Origin: Pecten maximus | Lineage: Eukaryota | NCBI RefSeq assembly: GCF_902652985.1 | Contig: NC_047016.1 | Span: 52,204,001-52,268,000 of the forward strand | Reading direction: 5' to 3' | DNA: 64,000 nt | Translations under genes and position numbers: made by a program | The notes under the pieces: model-generated | The model's database searches: none | Told to the model about the DNA's origin: nothing | What the model saw: the letters and a program-made list of their open reading frames with translations, nothing else | In this document: positions 40,241 to 53,100 of the stretch, one piece after another | How positions within the stretch are numbered: the first letter of the stretch is position 1 | How the letters are laid out: each line of letters begins with the position of its first letter

Positions 40241-40645
40241 GATGTCAGTAAGTTTGGTAGTGAGGTGAGGGTGTCATACCGAAGTCAAATGTCAGTAAGT
40301 TTGGAAGTGAGGTGCCAATATGTGTCATACCGAAGTCAAATGTCAGTAAGTTTGGTAGTGAGGTGTCAATCTGTTTCATATCGAAGACAAATTTCAGTCA
40401 GTTTAGTAGTAAGGTGGGAGTATCCTACCGAAGTCAAATATCAATACGTGTAGCAGTGAGGTGACAATCAATGTCATATCGAAGTCAAATCTCAGTAAGT
40501 TTTGTATTATGTGACAATCAGTGTCATACCGAAGGTAAATGTCAGTTAGTTGGTAATGAGGTGGCAGAGTCATACCGAAGTAAAATACCAGCAAGTTTTG
40601 TAGTGAGGTGACAATAAATGTCCTACCGAAGGCAAATGTCTGTAC
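40241..40645. repeat. 48-51 bp minisatellite downstream of FReD-2
   Basis: gtcagtaagtttggtagtgaggtgtcaatatgtgtcataccgaagtcaaat units. Confidence 0.88.
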
Positions 40646-40984
40646 GTTAAATTGAAGACATCATACATTATTAGTACCAAGGATGATCCTCTTTATTTTT
40701 TTTTTTTTTTTGTTTAATTAATAGCACTATGAACAGTCAGAGCCGTACTGACGCGATATATCCTTGTAGTGGCTACACCATTTTTAACTACATTGTGGAA
40801 GTCACCAGCTACATGTATTTCAAGATGCTTCTGTAATATTAACCGTACGTCATATTACAATATATAAGGCATGTCTAGCACTTCCAAGACGTTATCGATA
40901 TTAAAAGTTAATAGACTGTCCCTGCTGATGTGTGTGTTTGATTACAATCTTAGCTGTATCAAACAGCAAAGAAATAATCGGTAT

Positions 40985-43900
40985 TCATTTTCTCTGAATC
41001 ATCATACGAGCTTTCTTCATCGGTACATGTTGTCTATTTACAAAGAAAAACTTCCAAGCCATAGCTTCATTGGAGTCACCAGTATCGATTTCGTATCTTC
41101 CGTTAAGATTCGCCGCCGAACAGCTGTTGTACCACCACGCACCATGTCGTCGAATAGCACAGTTGTTGCTAAGTTGGTCATGATCGCGGTCCTTTGTTGT
41201 GAACATTTTGCCGTTCTCCTTATACATCGCATCACCTGTAGAAAAAGAATTAAAAAACAATATTGACTTCTGTATTTTTATGTTGTGTTATTGAGATTAA
41301 ATTAAGACACATGCATTCATTTTCAAAATTATTTAAGGCTTCCTTCCAAAGTTAATATCTCCCCATCCCGCCCAATTTATGAAGAAGTTGGCAGTGAAAG
41401 CATTGCTTGAAGAAGACTTTGGTGGCCATGCAAATCAAGCCAATGTGTTGCCAATATTTGTGTATAATGCATGCTTGTGTTAAACCGTTAAGATGAAGAA
41501 CAGCTGTCCTCTACTCATGAGGAACGTAACAACATGGTGTTTGCATGTTAATGAAGACAATAGTATGAAGGCAGACGTGCCCGATATTTGTTGATATGCC
41601 TTGTGGTTCTATAATCACCGACTTAATTCTGCGAAAGTGATAACCCGGTTTTCACCTAGAATTGTACATTGTAGCAGTTGGTTCCGTTGAAGCAAATGAC
41701 GGATACCATTACGGAACACTTGGACAAACGATTCTCTTGTCGGTTTTTGTGTTAGTTAATATATAGGCTGTAATTCGGTATTCCCGGTTGTTTCTGTCTT
41801 ATAACCAATATATATATATATGTTTTAGGGCAAAGTAATTATCTTCAAGCAATTATTAACAGTTCTTTTAAACACTCATAACTGAAGAACCGACTAGTAG
41901 TCGCTTTACCTATATTTAACACTTGGGAATTGACCTGATAAGCACCATCTTATACCTGAGAATTAACAGGACAAACACAATTTTATACCCGAGAATTCAT
42001 CTGATAAACACCTTTTACAACCCTACTCTGTGTTTATATTTGCCATCTAATATTAAACAAGTATTGCCTTTTGTGGAGATGTACACGAGACTATACGGAC
42101 ATGATCAAGAGTTTGTTCATTGAGGCCGCAGGCCGAGGCGAACATACCCTTGACCAGGTCCGTATAGTCTCGTGTACACCGAACACAAAAGGCAATAACT
42201 GTTTTGTAATATGGCAAACTAAAATGAATGAAAAAATCCCAAGGCAATATCCTGTCATAATCATGTTGACTAAAGTTTTCAAAGTCGGCATGAAGACTGA
42301 CTTTTTGAACTTAAATATGGTCGAAATAGTTCTGTTGCACCTGATGTATTTTTCTGTGTGTTCAACAAGTCTTTTTTTCTTCAAAATCTTGTAATTCCTC
42401 GTCATTTGAAGTAGCGAAACGTTGTTGGATTCTCGTCTGCCATCAGAGTGTTGCCAAAAAATCGTTTGTTTCCAGAATTATGATTTGCTGTTGTCCAAAG
42501 TAACAGGTTGCGTGATTGGAGGTAAATACTGCCGACCTATTTGTGCTATAAATATAACAAACAGGTCGGCAATGCCTGGGAATTTTCCATGCTGAGCTAT
42601 TTTTTTTAGCACGAACAGGTCTTCTCACTGATGGGAACATGTGAGGAAAACAGGAAATTGGCCAAGGAAAATTATTGAAACAATCTAGCCATATTACAAA
42701 AAGTATTCTGGGGTATATGTTGTGGTGTAGTGTGATGCATTAGAACGTACTTATGTTGCCGGAGAAACCCGTGACATACAGTTGATAATTATCTGCCTCA
42801 CTACCGATCTGAAAGTCGGAATACTCGGCTATGCCAACAGTGCCATCCCAAGCTTCCAACTCAATCCGAAGTCTGTACGGCGCTAACTTGACCAGTGAAT
42901 AAATCTTAACATTCCCTGAAAAATTAGATTGAAGAAATACAGCACTAATGTAAGGACATGAATAAGTGGTAGTTATTCCTGACTATTTCATACATGAATC
43001 TCACAAGGTGTTGTGCATGACTACCTACTACCCTTAGCTTATGGGTATTTAAAAATGTCATATTACATGTACCTAGCCAAAAATTTCCGGTAAGATCACC
43101 GAATCCGGTTTTGTATTCGGTCCACTTCCTGAAGAAGTCGACAGCACTACTTTGCCGGTTGTGTATCAGCTGTAAATGAAAAATGCATTATAAGATTAGA
43201 TAGATATTTGTTTGATAATGTAATCATAATAATTGATAAAATAAGGAATGACGTTATAATTGTACCTGTCTCTTCCATTGGAAGGTCGCGACTAAATTTA
43301 GGATACTATCCTATTTTCCCTGCTTAGTGCTCTGCATTTTGGGAGTGGGGCGAATGGCTAGCCCGTTGTCAGTATAATGTGACCGGGTGGGGAGTCCTGC
43401 TTGGTGTCCTTGGTAGTATTCTTTAGGTAGATAGCAGTAACAATCGTTATAATAATCAAAGGGAGACAAACATAAACATACCTAGCCTCCCAAAACACAC
43501 AAACACACACACTCAAAATACACACGCTTCTCGCACGAAAGAAAAGCCGTCATTAAACGACCATAGCTGTTGATAGGACGTAAAACAATACAAAACCGCA
43601 TCAAACCACGACAAAACAAAAACAAAAAACAAAAAACAATAGGAAGACGAGATAAGTTCTAATCAACATCTTCAACTTTGTAAATACAGCTGCTACGTTT
43701 GATTGTCTGCCTAACTGTTTTAATCTTTAATCAAATGGAGAGAAGTAATATAATATTGACATTTCAGACTTACATTCCAATGTCTCTGTTCGGTGTCCCT
43801 GTAACAGAATATGTCAAAACTTTCTCCAGGAATCGGGGTAATTCTGTAGACTTTTGAACCGCATGTAGGGTCGACATCGGTACAGTCTCTCAGATCAGTT

Positions 43901-46900
43901 ACTTCTAAAGAACATAAAGTTGGTAAAGTTAAATACATTTCAAAATAGAAATATTTATTACAATATAGTTTTGAAATGTACGAAATTATCAACTTGATAA
44001 AATACATAATAATCATCGCTCATATCATCACAAATGGTGACAGAGCTCTTTTTTAACATCTAGATATTGCGCTTTCTGTTTGCCGCATTGTAATCCGCAA
44101 AGCCAAGAGAGAAATGTTGACAGAAGACTGGAAGAAACTGAACCGGGTCTGGTGTGCCTGGTTCATGAATATATATGTCAGTGTTCACTGACAGGAAAGA
44201 AATATGGTGAAATCCAAACAGCGCTTTTTGAAAACCATGTTACATGTATCTGTTTGATATCCTTTTATGTTTACGGTCAAATAGATGACTGCTGAAAGCA
44301 GATTTTAAATGCTGTGAAATATTCATATATAGTATTTTTTAAAACAATATTACTCAGAGTGTAAAGATTCCCGGACACATTGAAAATGTTCGATCGGTCG
44401 TGGAAAGTACAGACGCCGGATATTTCATCGTATGACACAGTTTCTCGTTGTCTGGTCAACCCATACGCTAGACACGCCGATAACGAGACAGCTGAGGTCT
44501 GGTTCCCTCCAGTTTCCGGAAGTAAACACATGTCAACTGTAGCTACTCGGACCCAATACTGTTGTTTTGTTGACGCTGCTCCTCCAATCACTGTAATCTC
44601 GAAGGATATGAATTGTTACTAAGTTATGTAAGTGCTACATGTACACATTCAAAAATTATCTTTAACTTGTGTTTACATTTCAAAGCTGGTTCGACATTCA
44701 AGAGCCTGTTCTCTATATCGCTATTTCTGTGATACAAATGTATTATAAGGTTTTAACAGATGCACGTCGAAAAAAATATTTTTTTTATCCACATTGTTAT
44801 ACCATTTTTCTTTTTAATATTTGACATGCTATAATTTATCAACATGCCTGAGGAGTCTCTTGCCACTATCGTGGTTCTCATTTCCAGGACATGACAAAGC
44901 CGTGTTGTCAATAAAGCTTCGAACGCTTTACCTTTCGGAACGCCTTGACTTATTCAACTCTGAACGTTCCAATCTAAATTTTGTTCAGACAATCATTCGT
45001 TTAAATGACGATATTTGTAAAATGAAAATTCTTCAAGAATCTCTAGTTGCATTCTATGAGATGTGTCTCTAGATTCGATGATGTCATCAATGCATATTGT
45101 CGTTGTTTACATAGCATATAGGTCAACATTAAAAACCAAGCCGTATCAAGCCTACAATGTTGACAAACATCAATAACTTTGATGCATTAACAAGCCTGTC
45201 TTAATAAGTCATCTGTCTCATTTGCCTGTCGAATTAAATATTCGAATCGGTTAAATATTATGTCTTGTTTGACAGCTTTGAAAAGAACAGGAAAATAGTT
45301 CAAATATAATATCGAAATATTACAAGATAAGTATAGATTAATCCTCATCGCCATACATCTCCATACCATCTCCATACCATCTCCATATCATCCCATCTCC
45401 ATACCATCTCCATACCATCCCATCTCCATAACATCTACATACCATCTCCATATTATAAGCCTAAACGCTTGCTGTTTATGAATAAAGGTATACTAATGTA
45501 TTTTTACAGACAGAATATCAATCCGATATCAAAATTAAAACGTAGATGAACTATGAGCCCAGACACCAAAGCGACAAAGATAAACAAAGCCAAGAAAGAT
45601 CAGACATGGAAGGAAGAAAAGACAAGAAATAAATCGCAATCATTGCAAAGAGAGCAGCATATCATCTCTGGGCTGATCAGAGTTCTCGTCAAAGATAATT
45701 CCATTGATTCAATGGATGTTTCCATTCACGGATACAAGATATACCTCTGAGATAGAAACCATTAATGCTTACATTTCAGAATCTATTTCTCTTTATATAC
45801 ATACTTTGGTGTCTATGATATTTATAGTTTACTTTATTCACTTTGGTTTGTACATATGTGGTTTCTATTTGTTGAAACGAAAAAAATATATATATAGAAT
45901 ATAATTATGAAAAAAAGTGTGGATAAAGGACGTAGGTTTGAATATAGTTTTCCATCTCGCTTATCACACATTCCGTGGGAACAAAACAGAGGTACCCAAT
46001 GGGAACGTATTGGTAATAATGAAACTTTGACGAATCATCAATTTGCTGAGGACTTAATTATTGATTTTTTACGTATTTTCTTTTTACAAATTCAGAAACA
46101 CGTTCGTTTCCCACTGACTGGAATAAGGTATAAATGTGTTGACATATGGTAATCTAACTGGAATAGGACACGAACGCTCCAAGAATTTATATTGTTTAGA
46201 AACATTTGACTAGTTATAAACGGAAGCTTCTTATGTGATAATACTGTCTGAAAACCAATTTTGTTTTGACTTCATCCACAGAATATATAAAGGTAACTTT
46301 CAATGATGTCATAGTTCAGATGTCTTTTAATATGTTATGTCTGAAGAGCTGTTATTACGACGCCGCTAAGGAACAAATATTGTATATATATTTGAGGAAA
46401 ACCAACGATGAAACAAACGTTCTATCGATGGAGAAACAACGAAACAGACAGACATCATCACCAGCCGCCAGCGCGACTCGAACCCACGTTCTCCGGGAGA
46501 GTGATCTGAAGCTAGTGCATTAGCGATCCCGGCTGCCGGGGCAACCGTCACAGTATTGGTATGGACCTCCCGAACTCTTGATATACTCCACTTTTGAACT
46601 AGAAGGGTGAAGTACAATAAGTATTTCATCAAGGCACATTTGATGCAATTACGACAGAAAAACACATAAATTATGCACAACAGCCAGATCGCTTGTAAGA
46701 TAGGTGTTGTCACAGTCACCCGATCTCTGGCCTGTCCGGCTGTGATGAAATATCATATACTGTCATATATATTTGATGTACTTTTCCAAAGATAGCATAA
46801 TGTTATGGTTATCCTCGATGTGCTGTATTTATTTAATGTGTTGTCAAGTGTCGTCGTGTGAATTTTTAATGTGTGTTGAAGTATATTCTATCTGTGTCTT

Positions 46901-48195
46901 CTCGAAAAAACAATAATGGACCTTAGTAAGCTGTTCTTAGCTTCCATCCAGAAACGAACAAAAGAACAGAGTTATCGACATACTACATAAATGTTACTCA
47001 ATATCGATTATATTATGGTAAATACGATCAAGAGAATAAAACTGCATGATACCTTTGAACAAAGTACAAGTAGAATAAGACCAGGCGTTCTGCTTCATCC
47101 ACAACACTAGTAATACAAATATGGCTCAAATTCGAGCAAGGCATTTTCTTTACAAGTATATATAAACAAGAATCAAACGCGCCTACCGTCATATCTCACA
47201 AAACATATTTTTGTCAAAACCTTGTCGTGATGTCGACCATAACACTCTCAGATTGTCTTAATTAATATGTATCTGTAGTGTTAATTTTTCCTTCAATAGT
47301 CGATATTTATTACATTAATCATAATTATGTAAACAAGCTATTCAAATCATCTTGGTCATATTAGCGTAATCTGGAATGTTGCTGTTAAGAAATGGAAAAA
47401 AGAAATCGGCACAATAAAATCAATACGTTCATTCATTATCATATAGATTATTTGTAAACTGTCCCTGGTTGTCATGTTGTAAGTAAATATCAAGGCAAAC
47501 GGATGGTGAATAGTATTTGAGTAACCGGATCCTACTCTTTCACTTAGTCACACATAGTGTCAACGCATTCACCTTTTACAAAAGCGACCAAGGTTCGACT
47601 TCTGATCGCACATTGAAAGGTACATATGTTGGATAGCACAACACAAAAAAAACACGTCGTTCACAAATCGTGGGTACATTATGCGTTCAATTCAGGGATC
47701 CGCCGCGCGGTTTCCTAAAATTGAATTATCAATTTTGCTTAAAGACAAAACTATAGAATATGTCGTCAAATGACATACATACATCTGTATATACTATATA
47801 CACACTTAAAATTGTTAAGTCCGTGTTAACTAACATACGAAATTTTAATTATCTGCATAGACCTATGCAAATAAATAATACATATTGCCACGAATATATG
47901 TATTCTTAACGTAAATATTCAACGTTTAAGAGAACAAAGAAATGCAATGGTTTTGTAAGGTCAACGCAAACCAATCATAGCCAGTTTCTTACTTACCACA
48001 GGTAAAAAGTGGTAATAATAGAGGCAAACACATGTTAAATAGTCTATAATCTTAACAACATTATCACCTTCTGTATTCTATGGCGGAATTAATTATGTGA
48101 AAAAACCTTCTAGAATAGAACAGAGAATAATTAAAATTTTAATATAAAATCATCTTACCTGATATGACTAGTAATGAAACTCCCAAGTGCATCAT
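40985..48195 (-). CDS. FReD-2 (chimeric PAN-like + fibrinogen-domain protein)
   Basis: First exon either 48195-48159 (MMHLGVSLLVIS) or 48033-47997 (MCLPLLLPLFTC); then 44590-44354, 43904-43774, 43169-43073, 42915-42751 and 41235-40985. Internal exon lengths 237/131/97/165 are identical to FReD-1; frame intact. Confidence 0.87.
42055..42701 (-). mobile_element. Palindromic Crypton-like non-autonomous element in FReD-2 intron 5
   Basis: ~150-bp hairpin 42055-42204 with apex gaggccgcaggccgag; IR ttttgtaatatggc (42202) / gccatattacaaaa (42688-42701); absent from FReD-1 intron 5. Confidence 0.72.
43255..43625 (+). mobile_element. Meta-domain-like SINE in FReD-2 intron 3 (paralog 52463-52860)
   Basis: ctgcttagtgctctgcattttgggagtgg, gtcagtataatgtgaccgggtgggg core, 3' gctgttgataggacgtaaaac and A-rich tail. 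Confidence 0.6.
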
Positions 48196-48545
48196 GTATC
48201 TTCTCTCATAAAGTGTATTGCCTAATGTTCCAATTGGCATACTTCGCTTTAGATGAGATAGGACGATGCTTATTATAGTGTGTACTGCAGTTCTGTCACA
48301 TCTGATGTCTTCTGGTAGGATGTTACAACGGGAAGAACACATAGAGCGACAGTAATAAAGGTTTGTTTCGTTAATAATTAGTGAGGCATATTGCCACGTT
48401 GTACATTGAAGGCTTAACTGTTAACATAACATACGCCTATTATATACCAGACATTTCCATAAAACAAAATGTGTGGTTTACTTATTCATTCCTATTTACA
48501 CTTTTTTCACTGGATATCATTTCCCGATTTCATAAAAGTTCATTT

Positions 48546-48995
48546 CCATGGGTAACGGGACTGTTATTACTTTGGGTAACGGGATACTTACTCCTGGGGA
48601 TAACGGGATTCTTATTCCCTTGGGTAACGGGATTCTTATTCCTGTGGTAATGGGATTCTTATTCCAATGGATTATGGGAGTGGCCGCGGTGGCCCAGCGG
48701 CTAAGGTGTCCCGACACTTTATCTCTAGCCCTCCACCTCTGGGTTGCGAGTTCGAAACCTACGTGGGGCAGTTGCCAGGTAATGACCGTAAGCCGTTGGT
48801 TTTTCTTCGAGTTTATCCGGCTTTCCTCTACCTCAAAAACCTCGAACGTCCTTAAGTGACCCTGGCTGTTAATAGGATGGTAAACAAAACATCCCAAACA
48901 AATGGTTGCGGGATTCTTATTCCTATGGGTAACGGGATTCCTATGGCTATGGGTAACGGGATTCCTATGGCTATGGGTAACGGGATTCTTATTTC
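48546..48995. repeat. 24-bp VNTR with V-SINE insertion (48675-48900), ~350 bp upstream of the FReD-2 MMHL exon
   Basis: Paralog of the 39186 array with fewer units. Confidence 0.9.
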
Positions 48996-49360
48996 TATTG
49001 TTTACGTATTCTACTGCAAGGGGACCCCGCCTCAAAATGACCATGGCTGATCACAGGGCGATAAACCTATCAAACAAACAAAACCTAGCGACACGCTCCC
49101 CATAAGACGCTTTTCCTTCCGAAACACAAGGTTTTAACATCGTACTTTTAAGGTTCACTCTCCCGTGGTAATCTTACATGCCGACACTATTTCACTTTCT
49201 TTCGAGAGTTAGGATTATTATTTCAATACGTTTGACGTCTGTATTATACAAATAATTATATAAGGTGTTCGTGAAAAAATCCATAATATTTGACACGAGG
49301 TAATATTAATCGACCTACTTTCTATTGCACAAGGCCGACGGTATATTTTTTTTATAAGGC

Positions 49361-49810
49361 AGATGTCAGTAAATTTGTTAGTGAGGTGAGGGTGTCATAC
49401 CGAAGTCAAATGTCAGTAAGTTTGGTAGTGAAGTGTCAATATGTGTCATACCGAAGTCAAATGTCAGTAAGTTTGGTAGTGAGGTGTCAATATGTGTCAT
49501 ACCGAAGTCAAATGCCAGTAAGTTTGGTAGTGAGGTGTCAATATGTGTCATATCGATGACTTTCAGTAAGTTTAGTAGTGAGGTGGGAGTGTCCTACCGA
49601 AGTCAAATATCAATAAGTGTGGTAGTGAGGTGACAATCAATGTCATATCGAAGTCAAATCTCAGTAAGTTTTGTATTATGTGACAATCAGTGTCATACCG
49701 AAGGTAAATGTCAGTTAGTTGGTAATGAGGTGGCAGAGTCAAAACGAAGTAAAATACCAGCAAGTCTTGTAGTGAGGTGACAATAAATGTCCTACCGAAG
49801 GCAAATGTCT
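49361..49810. repeat. 48-51 bp minisatellite downstream of FReD-3
   Basis: Paralog of the 40241 array with about one extra unit. Confidence 0.88.
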
Positions 49811-50154
49811 GTACGTTAAATTGAAGACATCATAAATTATTAGTACCAACGATGATCCTCTTTATTTTATTTGTTTTTTGTTTGTTTAATTAATAGCACT
49901 ATGAACAGTCAAAGCCGTACTGACGCGATAACCTTGTAGTGGCTACACCATTTTTAACTACATTGTGGAAGTCACCAGCTACATATATTTCAAGATGCTT
50001 CTGTAATATCAACCGTACGTCATATTACAATATATAAGGCATGTCTAGCACTTCCAAGACGTTATCGATATTAAAAGTTAAAAGACTGTCCCTGCTGATG
50101 TGTGTGTTTGATTACAATCTTAGCTGTATCAAACAGCAAAGAAATAATCGGTAT

Positions 50155-53100
50155 TCATTTTCTCTGAATCATCATACGAGCTTTCTTCATCGGTACATGT
50201 TGTCTATTTACAAAGAAAAACCTCCAAGCCATAGCTTCATTGGAGTCACCAGTATCGATTTCGTATCTTCCGTTAAGATTCGCCGCCGAACAGCTGGTGT
50301 ACCACCACGCACCATGTCGTCGAATAGCACAGTTGTTGCTAAGTTGGTCATGATCGCGGTCCTTTGTTGTGAACATTTCGCCGTTCTGCTTATGCATCGC
50401 ATCACCTGCAGAAAAAGAATTAAAATAACAATATTGACTTCTGTATTTTTATGTTGTGTTATTGAGATTAAATTAAGACACATGCATTCATTTTCAAAAT
50501 TATTTAAGGCTTCCTTCCAAAGTTAATATCTCCCCTCCCCGCCCAATTTATGAAGAAGTTGGCAGTGAAAGCATTGCTTGCAGAAGACTTTGGTTGCCAT
50601 GCAAATCAAGCCAATGTGTTGCCAATATTTGTGTATAATGCATGCTTGTGTTAAACCGTAAAGATGAAGAACTTACGCTATCACCATTTCCCTAACAGCT
50701 GTCCTCTACTCATGAGGAACGTAACAAGACAGTGTTTGCATGTTAATGAAGACACTAGTATGAAGGCAGACGTGCCCGATATTTGTTGATATGCTTTGTG
50801 GTTCTATAATCACCGACTTAATTCTGAGAAAGTGATAACCCGATTTTCACCTAGAATTGTACATTGTAGCAGTTGGTTCCGTTGAAGCAAATGACGGATA
50901 CCATTACGGAACACTTGGACAAACGATTCTTTTGTCGGTTTTTGTGTTAGTTAATATATAGGCTGTACTTCAGTATTCCCGGTTGTTTCTGTCTTATAAC
51001 CAATGTATATATATATGTTTTAGGGCAAAGTAATTATCTTCAAGCAATTATTAACAGTTCTATTGAACATTCATAACTGAAGAACCGACTAGTAGTCGCT
51101 TTACCTATATTTAACACTTGGGAATTGACCTGATAAGCACCATCTTATACCTGAGAATTAACAGGACAAACACAATTTGATACCCGAGAATTCATCTGAT
51201 AAACACCTTTTACAACCCTACTCTGTGTTTATATTTGCCATCTAATATTAAACAAGTATTGCCTTTTGTGGAGATGTACACGAGACTATACGGACATGAT
51301 CAAGAGTTTGTTCATTGAGGCCGCAGGCCGAGGCGAACATACCCTTGACCAGGTCCGTATAGTCTCGTGTACACCGAACACAAAAGGCAATAACTGTTTT
51401 GTAATATGGCAAACTAAAATGAATGAAAAAATCCCAAGGCAATATTCTGTCATAATCATGTTGACTAAAGTTTTCAAAGTCGGCATGCAGACTGACTTTT
51501 TGCACTTAAATATGGTCGAAATAGTTCTGTTGCACCTGATGTATTTTTCTGGGTGTTGAACAAGTCTTTTTTCTTCAAAATCTTGTAATTCCTCGTCATT
51601 TGAAGTAGCGAAACGTTGTTGGGTTCTCGTCTGCCATCAGAGTGATGCCAAAAAATCGTTTGTTTCCAGAATTATGATTTGCTGTTGTCCAAAGTAACAG
51701 GTTGCGTGATTGGAGGTAAATACTGCCGACCTATTTGTGCTATAAATATAACAAACAGGTCGGCAATGCCTGGGAATTTTCCATGCTGATCTATTTTTTT
51801 TAGCACGAACAGGTCTACTCACTGATGGGAACATGTGAGGAAAACAGGAAATTGGCCAATGAAAATTATTGAAACAATCTAGCCATATTACAAAAAGTCT
51901 TGTTTTAAGTATTCTGGGGTAAATATTGTGGTGTAGTGTGATGTATTAGAACGTACTTATGTTGCCGGAGAAACCCGTGACATACAGTTGATAATTATCT
52001 GCCTCACTACCGATCTGAAAGTCGGAGTACTCGGCTATGCCAACAGTGCCATCCCAAGCTTCCAACTCAATCCGAAGTCTGTACGGCGCTAACTTGACCA
52101 GTGAATAAATCTTATCATTCCCTGAAAAATTAGATTGAAGAAATACAGCACTAATGTAAGGACATGAATAAGTGGTAGTTGTTCCTGACTATTTCATACA
52201 TGAATCTCACAAGGTGTTGTGCATGACTACCTACTACACTTAGCTTATGGGTATTTAAAAATGTCATATTACATGTACCTAGCCAAAAATTTCCGGTAAG
52301 ATCCCCGAATCCGGTTTTGTATTCGGTCCACTTTCTGAAGAAGTCGACAGCACTACTTTGCCGGTTGTGTATCAGCTGTAAGTGAAAAATACATTATAAG
52401 ATTAGATAGATATTTGTTTGATAATGTAATCATAATAATTGATAAAATAAGGAATGACGTTAGAATTGTACCTGTCTCTTCCATTGGAAGGTCGCGACTA
52501 AATTTAGGATACTATCTTTTTTTCACTGCTTAGTGCTTTGCATTTTGGGAGTGGGGCGAATGGCTAGCCCGTTGTCAGTATAATGAGACCGGGTGGGGGA
52601 GTCCTGCTTGGTGTCCTTGGTAGTATTCTTTAGGTAGATAGCAGTAACAATCGTTATAATAATCAAAGGGAGACAAACATAAACATACCTAGCCTCCCAA
52701 AACATACACATACACACACACTCACAATACTCACGCTTCTCGCACGAAAGAAAAGCCGTCATTAAACGACCATAGCTGTTGATAGGACGTAAAACAATAC
52801 AAAACCGCATCAAACCACGACAAAAAGAAAAAACAAAAAACAAAAAACAAAAACAAAAAAAACAATAGGAAGACGAGATAAGTTCTAATCAACATCTTCA
52901 ACTTTGTAAATACAGCTGCTACGTTTGATTGTCTGCCTAACTGTTTTAATCTTTAATCAAATGGAGAAAAGTAATATAATATTGACATTTCAGACTTACA
53001 TTCCAATGTCTCTGTTCGGTGTCCCTGTAACAGAATATGTCAAAACTTTCTCCAGGAATCGGGGTAATTCTGTAGACTTTTGAACCGCATGTAGGGTCGA

